From contig JBJCIZ010000744.1 in assembly GCA_051294375.1 (NCBI GenBank), positions 1,540,262-1,604,261 on the forward strand: DNA of 64,000 nt. The letters are read 5' to 3'. This DNA is from Paraspadella gotoi. Taxonomy: Eukaryota; Animalia; Chaetognatha. The notes under the pieces were generated by a model, which was not told the DNA's origin, did no database searches, and was given only the letters and a program-made list of their open reading frames with translations. Below are positions 11,801 to 25,886 of this stretch, piece by piece. The first letter of the stretch is position 1. Each line of letters opens with the position of its first letter. Position numbers and translations under genes: made by a program.

Positions 11801-14800
11801 GCGTTCAATCCTGGCGCCACGCCGTATTCAACGCCTCTGTTGACGCTGGATGCCACCGTCGACACCTCTCTGCTTTTCCTTCTCCATTTCCGAGAAATGT
11901 GGTACTATCCGTATTTTTTATGTATTATTATTATCATCGCAGGAGTATCAAGCCACCAGAATCAAATATTAATAAATATTTTTATATATATAAATAATAT
12001 TATAAAATTATTTGTAAAATGAAATATATCAATTAAATAGAGTTGAAATAAATATAATTAAAATATAATCTTTCAAATTTAAAGGACCGATAATTCGTGG
12101 ACGACGACGACGATGAAGATTGCTTGAATGGCACCGTCGTTGACGTCGCGAATCATTTAGTTGACGTCAGCGACGGTGATCTCAAAGAGAAAGAGGTCAG
12201 TCGAGTAGGCGCCACGATGGCGCTCTATCGCTGGAAAAATCAGCGTCGACGACGACGAAGTACAACGGGAGCAAAGAGTAAGTTGAGGAAATATTTGTGT
12301 CTTTGTGAAATGTTGAGACGAATAATTTCGAGTGTAAAGTTTAATCTCACGATCCGTTTTACTTTTGGGAAAATACTATTTAATCTATTTTCTGTCGATA
12401 ATAGATTAGTACGATTTAATTGATTTTTTGGATGTGCGAATCTCATGCACTACCTTAATAGCTTATATCGAGCCCCGATGCTACTGCAATGAAAGTCAAT
12501 ATATATTTTATTTTATTATTAAGTTTTAACGTAGTTAATAATTATCAGTCCCTATTTTCCTATGGTCTTCTCCTATCTTCTAATCTTCTAATCCTTCTAA
12601 TCCGCTTTAGCCTTTGGCTTCAAGGCAGAGATTGAATCACAGGTGGTCATTTCGCCAGAAACATCACTTACCATTTTCGTTTCCTTTATATTCTTTTCAA
12701 CTTTTATATCCGATTTAAAAGAAAAAAAAGCATTAAGTGGATTAACGTTTTAATGTTAAAAAAGATATAGCATTAAGTGATAACGCTTTATTAATGTTAT
12801 TACAACCTGCGCTCGTGTCTCTTTTCATTTTCCAAAAAACGGATGAACGCAAGCTAAACGTGTATTTGATAATTTATTTTTCACTTGTGCAGGAATTCAA
12901 TGTCAAATGTCAAGATGTCAAATGTCAGATCTTTCTTGCGTCTCACTCGCATTTTTTTTTTCGTTTCACCCTCGATCTTTATTTTTTTTTTTTCGTTCTC
13001 AATTCTTCAAAATTAGTGAAGCATCGTGACTCGTATAATCAATAATCAATTTAAGATCATACAAACCAAACTTTTTTTTCATTTTCTCTTTCCCCCTTCC
13101 TTTGTTCCACTTGTTTTTGCCAAATCGAACTCGATCTGCTAAATTCTCTTCACCCTGATCGATCCTGTGTTGTCTTCTCTTATCACCGTCTTCTCTTCTT
13201 TTTTCTTGCCTCTCTATTTCTGTCTTTCTTCTTTTCTCTCTCTTTTTTTTTTTTTTCTCCCTTTCTCTTCTCTCCTTAGCCTCCCTTTTTCGGAAGCGAC
13301 GTCGTCTCACGAAAGCGGCAAACCGGCGCCGACGACAACAGGCGCCGTGCCTTTTCTTGCGCCGGCGCCGGCGCGTTCCCACTCTCGCGCGCCCAACGCT
13401 GAGGGCCGAAGTCGCGAAGTCTCCGACTTCAACTGAGTGATGCCGAAAAGATTTGCAGTTCAGGTGAGGATTGGTCAGGGTAGGATTTGGTTCGCTGAGA
13501 GATTTAGTCAGGTTGCGGATTTGGGTTTGCGAGTGTAACTCTCGCGGTTTCTTAGTAGCAGATAGACGAGCTTGGTCGGCAGTAGTATTGCGCGTCAATG
13601 TTCATGGCACAACTTTATGATTCGTTTAGGGTTAGAATTTTATGTTGCTTTAAAGGTCCTACTTGCATGGTCGCTTTCTAATACAAATAATTATTTTAAA
13701 TATTCAAGTACAGTGCATAAAATAAGAAATCATTATTGCCATTCTCTTAGACTATTAATATTTGTGCAAAGTCATCATTACTAGCTAAAGAGAGAAAACC
13801 AAAAAAATTCTTGTTTTGTCTCTTTTAGCTACTCATGATGACTGGGAAATTTTAAGTCTAAATTTATACATATATTGGCAAATTTATTATTTGAAGTATT
13901 TACTATTTATTAATATTTAATGATTATATATATAAATTTACAGACGAGAGTTTTACGACGACAGCGACGAAAGCGACGCGAATTCGAAGTCAATTTTCCC
14001 TTGGGATCCGTTATTTGACGACGACGACGACGAAAAAGTAGTGTCGAGCCACAAGCGCAGTTTGTCAAAGACATTGAACACGCAAAGACCAATATGCGAC
14101 CCAGAGCTTTAACATCACGCCAAGGCAACAACTAGCAATAACAATGATAACACGCATTCCAAAAATTGCACTACGGCAACGCTCAGAGCAACACTCGAAC
14201 GTCCGACGAAACGTCAGCGCGAATCCCTCGGGACTTCGTCCCGTTCGTCTCCCGGGATTCGTTTAGCTTTTTCGAGTCAAAACTTGCGCGCCTCTATAGT
14301 CGAGTCCGCGGCGATTCCGTCCGGCGTCGAATTTCGTTGGCGCCGACCGACGCCGCTTCCGTCGTTTTCCAGGCGGCGGTTGATGCGGCAGGCTGGCGCT
14401 GCTCCCGCTACCTCACCCGACCCCCGTCTCTTCCGGGACGACACCGGCCAAGACAACCTTGTTCGGCGGAAGGACGTGGCCGGAATCTTGACCTTGACGC
14501 CGTGAGAATCCGCGATTTGTCAGAAGCGATTACGTTCGTGTCGATGTCGACGACGTGGCTGCGGCGTCGGCGGCGGCGGCGGCGAAGAAAGGGGGTTCTC
14601 TCTCTTGTCCTTTGGCTTCGTTTTGGCTTTGCGTCTGGAGAAGACGGGGGGACGGGAGTAGGGGGGAGGATCTCTGGAGAGTTGAAGACGACGTCGACGA
14701 CTTCGTGGCGTCGCGGCGTCGGTGACTTGGTTACAAAAGTCCGCTACGAAGGTACGAATCGGTTCTGTGAACTTTTTGGTTCTGGCATTTTTACCCGTAT

Positions 14801-17800
14801 TACATCTTATAATTTCATCTTAATATGAAACGGACAATTTTGTTCTCTTTTTTTTTTACAATTCTTGGACATCATTTTATTGCGCGCGAGATTAACTTTT
14901 ATAAAGTCGGGTTAACCCTCAATATGAGAATTAGTTTCTTTTAATTGTTAATTTTTGTTTATCGCGCAGAGGGCGTGAGACTGAGGGAAGAAGGCGCCAT
15001 GTGGACGGCGACGACGTCGACGACGTTATCGTTGAGACGGAAGCCAGCTCCCCGACGGAGCACCAGGCCTGTCAGGTAAGAGTGGGAAAGTGATGGTTGA
15101 TTGATTTGAAGTGCTGACGCTTGGCTTAGGCGAAGTTAATTGACATAAAGAATCCTTTTCAGCAAATAGTTATGTCTTTCTAATTACATGTGAACATGGT
15201 GGTTAATTGCTTTAACCAATATAAAATACTTAGTTCATTCACTCAAGATAACACGATCCCTTATTAGGAGGGCTATATTAACGGCAAGATGATGTAATTA
15301 ATTATTACCATATTTTCTTTTATCCAACTACCATATTATTTTGATTTCAGCGTGAATTTGTCCTGGCCTCCTCGAGCTTTCGATACAGACTCGTCGGAGC
15401 CTTCGTCTGACGGTAATCTATGAAAGATATTATTAACCGGGTTTTATTTTGTTAATAAAATAGGGTACAAATCACTTTCTCAGGTCTCGAGCGAAATTGG
15501 ATCGGAGCCAATCGGATGCGTTTCCTCTTCTCCATTGTCGACTTCATCTGTTGGCTATTTTTTATTGGTTGTCCAAATTCATATAAAGTTTGAAAAATTA
15601 TTTATTTATTCGTTAGTTTAATTATTTAACTTTCATTCCCCGACTCTGATTTATCTCTTTTTCAGCATCAACACCGGAATTCGTTTATACTTCTCGTTGG
15701 CGGCGCGAGATTCGCGCGGCGGGGAAACCGCCGCCGCCGCTCGACCATCGCATCCGGTGATCGGTTTGGAGGGTTGGGCGGTATAGGGGGGTTAAAGGTG
15801 GTGTGTTAATTGTTGTCAAGGTCTGTTATGATATTGTTATTAATTGGCATTTTTATTGAATTCAAAGCTGTCAGTTGTAATTAAATGTTTTCCATGATAG
15901 GTTTTGATTACGTTGTTGGAAAATTCGTCTTAAAATCATTTCTACTTAAATATATTTGCTTTTAAAGCTTTGTTCTAGCAAAGTGGAAAAATTATTCACT
16001 TGGTGGCAGGGGCGGGTGTTGAATTGTCATTTAATTCCTACCCCTCTCACCAATCCCTGACTCTCTCAGATGAGTCCAATGATGAGTTCTTTCCTTCTCT
16101 CACCGAACTCTCTTCACTTCGTCGTCTTTCCCGTATCGTCATGGTTGACTCGTCAGAAGGACTCCGAGGTTTGACTCTTTGTCTACTATGATTACATTAA
16201 TTACATTACAGGAACATAATTTCTGCATACTTCATAAAATACGAAATTACGCAATTATCTAGTGAGGAAAATCGGTCTCTTTGGACTATTTTACAAACTA
16301 CTTTTTGATATAAATTCATAATATATGTGGCTAAATCCATCAGCGTTCATTAGCGGGCATTGTGTGGGAGGCTGTCATTCGTTCCCACCAAAGGTCCTGG
16401 GTTTTAGGCCGGTTGGTCGCTAGCACTTTAGAGGGACGGGGCGCTTAACCGCCTGTACATGATGTTACAGTCTGATCGAGTCAGGACTTGCTTATATTGA
16501 ATGGGTCTCTCACTAAACTAACAATTATTACTGCTCTTCAAATTCAATATTAATGATAGAACTAACATAAAATAACAATATTCTGTCTCTTCATAATTAC
16601 AATATTAATGATAGATATACAAATGAATAAAGTCTGATGATGAAATTTACGACACCGAACTTCTTCATCCCCCCCTCGATAACAGCTTCCTCTTCTCACG
16701 TCATCTCTTCTTCCTTGTCCACCAACCGTCGGCCGCAACCGTCGCCGCACGCCATTTCCCACGCGGAAATCGGTGCGCTGAAGTCGAGCTCTTCGGCGGG
16801 GCGTTGGGCCGAAGCAGGCGGGGCGTATCAAAAGGCGGAGCGTCGTTGCCGACTTTGCAGGTGAGAAACTAATATTGCAAATTTGAGATTTCGACGAGGT
16901 CGTCGGAAACAAGATGATAACGGTGTCATTTGATTATTTCTCTCTCAGGCACCCTTTCCCTCCTCTCTCTCACCTTCTCTCTCTACCTTCTTCCCTTCCT
17001 CCTTCCTCCCTTCTTCTCTTTCCCTCTCACTCCCTCACTCTCTCTTCTCTCCGCTCTTCCGCCGTCATCGCCTCGACGCGAGACGCGACGACGAGTCCGG
17101 GGTCTGGATGTTTCAGGGTTGGGGAAGTATTCGTTAATTTATCATTAGTTACATTATTTATTTATTCTGGCGATAAAAGTATTTTATTGAACCCGATTGA
17201 AAAGTTCTTCTTTTTTTTCTATATCTCTCTCTCTCTCTCTCTTCTCTTCTTCTCTTCCCCTCTCCTCCACTCTCCCAGTCGAAGACGACGACGAGACGAC
17301 CTCTCGACGCGAATTGCACCCACCTTATTCAACGGAGTGTTATCGAGAGCACGCCATCGGGCTCGACGATCGAATGGACAGTCTTGAGGGGAAGTGGTGA
17401 AAATGTGAGGTAAGAATTTACGATGATGATGATGTTTTTAGAGCAATTTTTTTGTTTAAGAAAGTTGTTTGCAACGGCGGGGGATGTGTGATGCTGGGGG
17501 TGTTGACGGGCATCTCCGACAGCTGGCGCACAGGGCTTTTGGACTACAGTGACCACCCCATGCATGGCGTGGTTTTGCCACACATACACACTTTAACAGG
17601 TGACCGTGAGGGTTTAATCACGGTGGTGAATGAGTATATTAGCTGTCAAGCGAATGGGACGAGCTGAGTTTTTACAAGCTATACGGGAAGCGATTTAGGG
17701 GATTCGCCACAGTTGATTAATTGATGATAAATAAATGTTCCTGTATAAATCACGTTTCTTTTAATCAAAACGCACGAAACGAAGCAAAAATTACATATGA

Positions 17801-18056
17801 TGATGATGTGATGATGATTTTTTTCAATGGATATTGTTCGCTACTCCCAAGAATGTTAGCACTTGACTGTTAATAGTGAAAATTATCTTCCAGCCCTCAC
17901 CCTCCATGCTCATTGGCTCACCCTTCTCTCCGCAAGAATCTCCCAGATCACGCTCGTTTCTCCGCGTCGTCGCTCGCTCTTCCTGGTCGGGTCACGCGGA
18001 AAATTTGCCGCGTGTTATGTTATGTTAGTCTGCAAAATTGTAGTAATATTTATATG

Positions 18057-18087
<31 letters not shown>

Positions 18088-20584
18088 GTCAGGCGGCTAA
18101 ATCTGTGGCGGAGTCGCGCTGGTGATCATGAACGCGCCGGCTGTTGGGATGGCGACGGCGTTCAAGGGCGGCGCAGGGTTAGGGGGGGGCGATTAGTTAG
18201 ATTGACGGAGAACGGATTGGGAATGTCGTAATGGTATCAATCGTTTGATTAATTGATTGGATGATGTGTTTTGAGTGTGTTGTAAATAATATGACAAGTT
18301 GAAGCATGAAAAGTGTGATTATAGTAATCAACATGAAAAACGGTTGGCATTTTATTCGTCTAATATTTCTTCAACTTATCTTGCTTCTTCTCCTTTTTTT
18401 TTCCCCCTCTTTTTTCTTTATCTTACTCTGTATCTTCATTTTCTTCCATTATTTTACTTCTTTCTTTTTTTCTTCTTCCTTTTTTTCCTTTTTCTTCCCT
18501 TCACTCTCTCTCTCACGCTCTCTCCATCTCTTTCTCTCCCCCAACACTCTCTATCTCATTCTTGTCTCGCCATCTTGATCCAGATCGTGGGGGCCCTCTG
18601 GAACCACGCGACGTCGACTCGGAGGAATTGAGTTTCGTCGCGGGAAAGATCGTCGTGTTCGATGCACGGGACCGAACATTGGTGGTAGGGGCCAGGCTGG
18701 AGCAGGTAGGAGGAGTTTGGGCTGGCGCAGGTTTCGGGCGGCCTGGCTGGAGCAGGTAGTGTTCGGGCTGGTTGGAACGGTTAGGGGCGGCCTGCTGGAG
18801 CAGGGTACGTTCGGGATGGTTGGAGATGTTAGGTTCGGTGCTGGTTGGTTGTGCAGGTTAGGGGCGGGCTTTGGCTTGGAGTAGGTTAGGGGTGGGCTTC
18901 TGGACCACTTGCGTGCAGCAGTTAGATTTCTTTTCAAGTGCTCGGCTAAATTAGCTATCTCAGGTTGAATTGAATTTGCTTTAGTGAAAGAGTTGGCCCT
19001 ATAGTCGTTGAAGCTGGTTCTTTGTCGCGATGAGGAGTTATATCTGAATCGTGAATCTCAAAGATCGAGATTGATCAATAAAAGATCTCCTCATCTCCTA
19101 TCCCATCCGTTACAACCTCAGGACGACACTCCTCCCCTCATTCCCCCTCTTCCCGTCCCCTTCTCTCGACGAGACGACGTCCGTCCCGCGCCGGACGACT
19201 TCGGTTGGATTCCCGGCCAATCACGGTTTCGCCTCTGCCATTTCGGTGGATTAGTTTTATTATAATTATTGATTAATGATGAATAAGGAATGGGAGAGAT
19301 TCTTGATTTGAAGTCTTGCAGGTGTCCTACATGTTTGTCTTGTTAAATAAAGAGACTGAGAGAGATTCTTGATTTTGAATCTTGCAAGGGTGTCCTCCAT
19401 GTTGTCTCGTTAAATAGGGCGGGAGGCCATAAATAAACTTAGGAGAGAGATAGTTGTTTATTAAATAAGATGGTTCTTTATATTGTTTGTAAAATCGTAA
19501 CTATTAAATTTTATTTTTTCCTCCCCCCTATGTTTTAAAGATTTCCTCGAATCGGAAGTGCGTCGACTTGAGGATCGCGCACACGCGACGAGTTGGGACT
19601 CGACACGCGACATTTGACGCCGGGTGAGGCGGCGGCGCGAGGGTTGGGGGGAACGGGTGATGTGGGATTTATTGAATATGCTAACCCTGTTTATACTATT
19701 TGATTAATTAATTAATTTTCGTTGAACTTCCTAATTTTCCTCAGGAACTCTAAGGAATTCTTTCGGAATCAAAGTCGAGCGAGACGACGGCGTCTTTCGA
19801 GCAGATTCTACAGGTTTGTGTTAAATATTGTATATCTATTTTTAATATTAGTTAAAATGTTCAATTTTAAACTTATCCGTTTCAGCTCAGCAGCTTCGCC
19901 GTGCAAGAGCCCCGCCCTTCGTCCGTCAGAGGCGAATAGGATCCGCGGTCTCGACGACTGTAAGTGAGAACGACTTCGCCAGGATATCAGGTTGAAAGGG
20001 GGGCGGACACGTGCATCATTTTTATATCATTTACTCTTAATATTAAAAAAAATTTTTTGAAATTTGATCCTTAACTTCCAATCAATCGAATCAAAGAAAT
20101 ATGAGTCTTTGAGCCGTTTCACCTGTGATAGATATGAGCTGATTTTCTACTATGGCAATTAGTTGAGGAAATTCCTCTTTCTCCCTTCATCCCCTAGACG
20201 TGGTGGAGGGCTACTCCTCTGCCGGTCTGCCCGCTTTTCGACTTCGGATCTCGTCGCCGCGTTTCGCAACGTCGACGCATCCTCGAGTTTTCAGGAGGTT
20301 CGTGCAGAATCTCCCAACGCGCGTCACTCAGAGTGCGTTGGAGAAGTGGGGGGGCGAGGCCATAGCCTTTCTATTTATTTGTCAGCTAATCAATTAAGAT
20401 ATGACATTGATGGCATATTTTTTTTATTTCACTTTCTCATTTATTCCAGTCGCCACGGTTCCTGCGTCGGGCTCATTTTCAGAAATCGGGAGAAAGTTTT
20501 CGAGGTTTACTCGAGTATCTCTCAATCATCAGAAGCCATTCATCACTCTAGATCAACTCACACCGAGACGGGCGGAGCAAGCAG
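8859..20584 (+). CDS. ASEF/collybistin-family RhoGEF, copy 1, truncated within the DH domain and heavily frameshifted (probable low-accuracy haplotype copy)
   Basis: Exon-by-exon match to 27002-39081, including the SH3 exon (~18584-18705) and the first DH exons (~19885-20584). Stops at the N gap at 20693. Confidence 0.8.
16352..16510 (+). mobile_element. tRNA-derived SINE-like element (copy-1 counterpart of 34626-34790)
   Basis: Same sequence as 34626-34790, with more indels. Confidence 0.55.
17470..17635 (-). mobile_element. SINE-like family A element (copy-1 counterpart of 35830-36005)
   Basis: Matches 35830-36005 and 63052-63255. Confidence 0.6.
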
Positions 20585-20717
20585 GTAGTGCGCAGTCCAT
20601 GGGGATTGTTGTTGCAGTTAAATATGTATAATTTTGAATTATTTACTAATACAGGCAAAATCTTAAAAATATGTTATTTCCTATCTCTCTCTNNNNNNNN
20701 NNNNNNNNNNNNNNNNN

Positions 20718-21054
20718 AATTCGCCTCGATAGTTCCATTTACATCGTCATTAGGACTCTGTATGTAAAATTTCATGAAATTCGATCTGGGGGGTTTTGTT
20801 GGGAACAGATTCTGGTCACAAAAAAAAAACCACAATCTCGTTTTATAACATGAAGCCTTCTGTAATGTTTCGAAAGTTTAAAGTCAGAACTCTCCTTTTC
20901 TCTTCTCCTTTTCCATTCTGGGAATCATTTCGAATTATTTGCTAGTTAGTGCAGTATTTTACTGTTCCTCGTCACTGGGAATTAAATCGTTCCTTTAATT
21001 AAAACTAAATTTATATTAATTACACTTGAAAATAAGTCGATTCGAGTCGCCAGG
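20718..21054 (+). repeat. Orphan 337-bp extra copy of Rab23 intron 4 between two N gaps
   Basis: Near-identical to 5803-6132 and 23812-24143, and flanked by N runs on both sides. Likely a misplaced contig. Confidence 0.9.
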
Positions 21055-22105
21055 NNNNNNNNNNNNNNNNNNNNNNNNNTTAAAAAAGAAGTTTCAATCC
21101 GTTTTTTTTTTTATCATTTCTAAATAAAAGTCTTAAATAAAAAGCTTCCGTTTAAAAAAGAAATCGTGCCGCGGAGCAATTAGCAAGAATTAGCTTAGAA
21201 AAGTAATGATTAATTGATATAATAGTAGAATTTACTAGGAAAAATTCCGAAAGTCTTTTGTTCGAATCGATTTTCGAAAAAAAATCCTCCGTTTTCCCGG
21301 TCGAATCGAAAGATGTCGCTGAGACTCGAGTCTTCCAAAAGGAGAAACAAATGAACAGCGCGATTCCTGTGCAAATCTCTCCGGTGAAATTCCGATCCAT
21401 CAAACCGAAACATTCCATTCTTTTTGCGCGACAAACTCTCGTTCCGTGAACGTCACCGTCGCGACCGGACGGATATTCCGCGCCGGGAAGTTTGAAAAAC
21501 GACTGGTCGGTCGGTCGGCCGCATAAGATCCATTTACATCAAGGCAGAAAGAATCATGTAGTTGTACCCTGTTCGTCCGTCGTACGCCTAACCATTTTTT
21601 TGAAAGGAAAAAGTCAAGAGAAGGACAATTTTGTTTTTTCATTTAATTTCTTTTTTTTATAGATAAAAACAGCGATTCGATTACTTTGCTCAGACGCCCA
21701 TTGGTCACCATACTATGTTATGTTATTAATTCCTATTTATTGCCAATTAATGGACAATTTAGGACTTTAACCGCCAAGTATTATTCTTGTTTCCAGGCTT
21801 TCGTGAGATTCCGTTCCAATAAATTCTCGTTCGCGATCAGCGAAAAAAAACGCGAACTAAAAACGAAAATTTTGAAAAAAAAAACTCAAAACTTTTGTGT
21901 TGAAAAACCTGATAAAACGTTTTGAAGGGTGGGGTCGTCCGTTCCACCGCTCGCTCGATCCGTTTGTTCATGATTTTAACGGTCTGGCCGAAAGTCGCGG
22001 ACTTCTGCGGACAACTCTTGACCTTTCTCAAAACGTCAAACGCCGGATCTCTCTCTCTCTCACTCTTTCTCTCTCTCTCACTCACTCTCTCTCTCATATC
22101 CAATA

Positions 22106-25100
22106 ATGCGGGAGGGAAGAGCTGGAAGACGGCGATCAAGCGTTTTTACATTAAAGCAATATGTATAAATATATATATAATATTAATATCATATGAATTA
22201 AAAAGAGAAATCATTTATTTTCCCACACGACCCACCACAGAGTGGTATCGTGGCGACGGGGCTTGGGCAAATCCTCGATGATCCAACGCTTATTTGCAAA
22301 GGTCTCTTCACTAAAGTACTATAGGAAGACAAATCGGGGTCGGACTTTCTCGAACGCCAGGTCGATACTGGATTTTATTTTTCGATTATTTAAATTAACG
22401 GAATAAGTTGCCGAGATTTTGAGACATTCTCGTTAGTTAAATCGTTTATACGATTATTACAAATCTGACTTGAACACACTGATGTTCATGAACCTGAAAA
22501 ATTAAGGTTAACTAAATATTTTTTGTGTATTAATACATTTTTGTTGAAAGCGGTAAACGTCTGTTTCAAAACAACGGACATTTTCTTGCCTATTATGGTG
22601 GCCCATTATCGCTCAGGGTCCAATATTTGAAGTTCGCCTCGATAGTTTTATTGTATCTTCAACCAAATTTCCATAAATTTGGTCCAAGTAGTTTTGCGGA
22701 AACAGATTCTTCGGTCACAAAAAACAATGACTCATTTTATATATTATCTAAATCGCTAATTAAAACTCTTTTTGATTAAAGATCGATGATGGAGGGAGAA
22801 GACGTGGCGTCTTTGATGCTTTGGGACACGCGGGTCAAGAGTGAGTTCGGACGCCATCACTAAGCTTATTACAGGGGTGAGCGGAAAAGACGATCTTTAC
22901 AGGGTGCGGGGTGTTGATTAAACGTAATTAATCTTCTGGGATGTTTTAAAACAAGGGGATCATTGAAAAAATTGGATCCGTTTTCTAAAATGGATGTTTC
23001 TGATTAGTGTCGCATAACTTACGGTCTGCCTAAGATAAAAATAGCCAAGTAAACTTACTCTTTCCAAATATATTAGATTTATTCATTGTTACTAATAATT
23101 ATTAAACATGAATTTTAAAAAGGCAGGAATTTGGAGAATTTTGACCGAAAAGTCATAAAGTTTGCTCTCTTTTTCCACTTTTCATCCCTCCCCCTTCTTC
23201 TTCCTCTCGCCTTTCCTCCCTCTTTTACCTCCTCCTTCTTTTCCTCCCTTCCCTCCCTCCTCTCCTCCCCACCTTCTTTTCCTCCCCTTCCTCTTCTTCC
23301 TTCCTTCATTCCTCCCAAGGCGCCCAGGCCTGCTGTGGTCGCCTTCTCCCTCACGACCGCAAGTCTTTCCCGCCGTCGACTCGTGGCTGCGAAAGGTCGA
23401 CGACGAAGTGGGCGGCGACGATCCCGACGGCGATCGTCCTCAACAAGATGGACATGGATGGATCGGGTCGGTCGCGCGGAGTACAGGAGGGGGGGCACTA
23501 TAAAGAGCTTAGTAGGGTGGATGACCGCGAAATATCACAGGGCCTCGCTATCGAGCCAGAACGACACACTATAAGAGCTTAGTAGGCGTGGATGACAGAA
23601 AATATCACAAGAGGTCTCGCTATCCAGCCAGAACACTACACTATAAGAGCTTAGTAGGGTGGGATGACGGAAAATATCACAGGGCCTCGCCTATCGAGCC
23701 AGAACGACTATAGTCGGGGGGTTTGGGGAAAGGGCGGAGGAGAGACTCTGGGTATTTAGCCTTTTTTTTGCTTCAGGGCCCCTGTATCTCTCGTCGGGGG
23801 TTGAATATTCAAAATTCGCCTCGATAGTTCCATTTACATCGTCATTAGGACTCTGTATGTAAAATTTCATGAAATTCGATCTGGGGTTTTGTTGGGAACA
23901 GATCTGGTCACAAAAAAAAAACCACAATCTCGTTTATAACATGAAGCCTTCTGTAATGTTTCGAAAGTTTAAATCCAGAACTCTCCTTTTCTCTTCTCCT
24001 TTTCCATTCTGGGAATCATTTCGAATTATTTGCTAGTTAGTGCAGTATTTTACTGTTCCTCGTCACTGGGAATTAAATCGTTCCTTAATTAAAACTAAAT
24101 TTAATTAATTACACTTGAAAATAGAGTCGATTCGAGTCGCCAGGTAATAAGCTAATCAAAATGCCTTTCCCCCCCCCCCCTTCTCCACCTTCCTCCCCCA
24201 AGGCTTCGAACAAGTGTCTTCCTTCGAAGCGGACGCCCTCTCTCTTCGTCTTCGACTTCCTCTTTATCAACTTCGGTCAAGACAACTCCAACGTCGACGC
24301 CGTCTTCAAATTTCTAGCTGCTAGTTACATACGGGGGATGAACCGGTAAGCTGATATTACATACGGGGGGATAAAAAAGGGATCAGTGGGTGACTGGGTT
24401 TACGGTTTACTTACGGGGATAAATTAACCGAGGTTTGGGGTTCTATTTTGAGTTATAAATTAATGATTTGTAGTTATCATCGGGGAGAATTAAATTGTAA
24501 TTTACGTTTCGGTGGGCAGTAAAAAGAGAATGCAACCGTTTTAGTTACATTGAGAGGGAAAAAAATTACAGTCCATTGTCTCATAAGGAGAGAAATTAAT
24601 CGTTATTTTAGTTACATCCGAGACATATTAATTCTTTGTTTACATCCGTGGAAATATTAACCGAGATTTTTCGATCCGTACATCCAGGAGACTTCGATTC
24701 TGACCCCGATCCGTCGCNNNNNNNNNNNNNNNNNNNNNNNNNNNNNNNNNNNNNNNNNNNNNNNNNNNNNNNNNNNNNNNNNNNNNNNNNNNNNNNNNNN
24801 NNNNNNNNNNNNNNNNNNNNNNNNNNNNNNNNNNNNNNNNNNNNNNNNNNNNNNNNNNNNNNNNNNNNNNNNNNNNNNNNNNNNNNNNNNNNNNNNNNNN
24901 NNNNNNNNNNNNNNNNNNNNNNNNNNNNNNNNNNNNNNNNNNNNNNNNNNNNNNNNNNNNNNNNNNNNNNNNNNNNNNNNNNNNNNTCGTCGTCTTGATT
25001 GAAAGAAATTATATCTGTTATTATATATTATATTCGATTAGGTCCGTTGGCGGCGGCGGCGGCGTGAGCTGCGTGAGCGGTGGGACCACCATCGGCGGCG

Positions 25101-25886
25101 GCGTGAGCGGTGGGACCACCATCGGCGGCGGATCCTTTATGTCGACCACTGAGGTTAGCTTTCTTAGGACTTGTTGCAGATTAATTCGTTGATTATTTCA
25201 AATGAGCTCAAGTTCCTCAATCTCATTTGCATATTGTCGTATTTTGATTAAGCTTTGATAAATTTTTGTTCTATTACCCTAAAGGTTTAATATTAATATT
25301 TTACTTTGATTTTATGAATAATATTTATAGCCTATAATTGTACCAATTTTTTCGTCTTATATTTATATTAATTAATCTTTAAAAAAAGATATTTTCCTTC
25401 AGTCAAACTCGACTTCTCAACAGCGACGGCGTCGATGGAGAATCGGGAAGAAGAAAGAGAAGAGCATCTCCTCTTCCTCCAGCTTGGGTAAGGGGGGGGT
25501 TTTGGATTGGGGGGAGTGAAGTAGGTTCGGGGATGAATTAATGGAGGAAAAGAGGCGAAGGGAATTAGTTTTGGGATTTTTTCCCCTCCCTCTCTCTATT
25601 CTTTCCTCCCCCATTCCCTTTTTTTCCTCACTTGTTCCCTACCTTTTACTTTCCTCATTCTCCCGTCTCCCTTCCTTCCTCCCTCTCTTTTCTCCCCGTC
25701 TTCCCTATTATCCCTTCCCTTTTCCTATCTTTTTTCTTATCATCTTATGTTCCCTACTTCCCCCCCAACGTTTAACCTTCCTCTCATCTCTTCCCTTCAG
25801 GCGGAGGCACCATCGTCCTCGCTCCCAGCAAACGTCGAACTAAAGGAAAGAAAGAATTGAGTCTCTCCGCTTGCTCTCTTCTCTGA
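22106..25886 (+). CDS. RAB23: Rab23 small GTPase, copy 2, all nine coding exons in order (exon 6 partly in the N gap)
   Basis: Exons approx 22106-22140, 22241-22360 (GDGAVGKSSMIQRYCKGLFT..TIGVDFLERQ, with indels), 22782-22876 (WDTAGQEEFDAITKAYYRG), 23320-23466, 24203-24345, 24687-gap, 25042-25152, 25403-25487, 25801-25886 (GGTIVLAPSKRRTKGKKELSLSACSLL*). Confidence 0.9.

Larger units (their letters stand above)
1050..20692 (+). repeat. Copy 1 of the ~18-19 kb tandemly duplicated block (Rab23 + RhoGEF up to mid DH domain)
   Basis: Co-linear with 21080-39190 throughout, apart from the inversion at 2002-4669. Ends at the N gap at 20693. Increasingly indel-rich toward its right end. Confidence 0.95.

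Noticed and set aside
8859-20584. Pseudogene or programmed-frameshift interpretation of the many frameshifts in copy 1 (and in EAPP and Rab23)
   Set aside because: Errors are mostly single-base indels, hit exons and introns alike, differ between copies and vanish after ~39.2 kb. This is the signature of unpolished long-read sequence.
24718-24986. 120-aa ORF at 24636-24998
   Set aside because: It is open only because it crosses an N gap.
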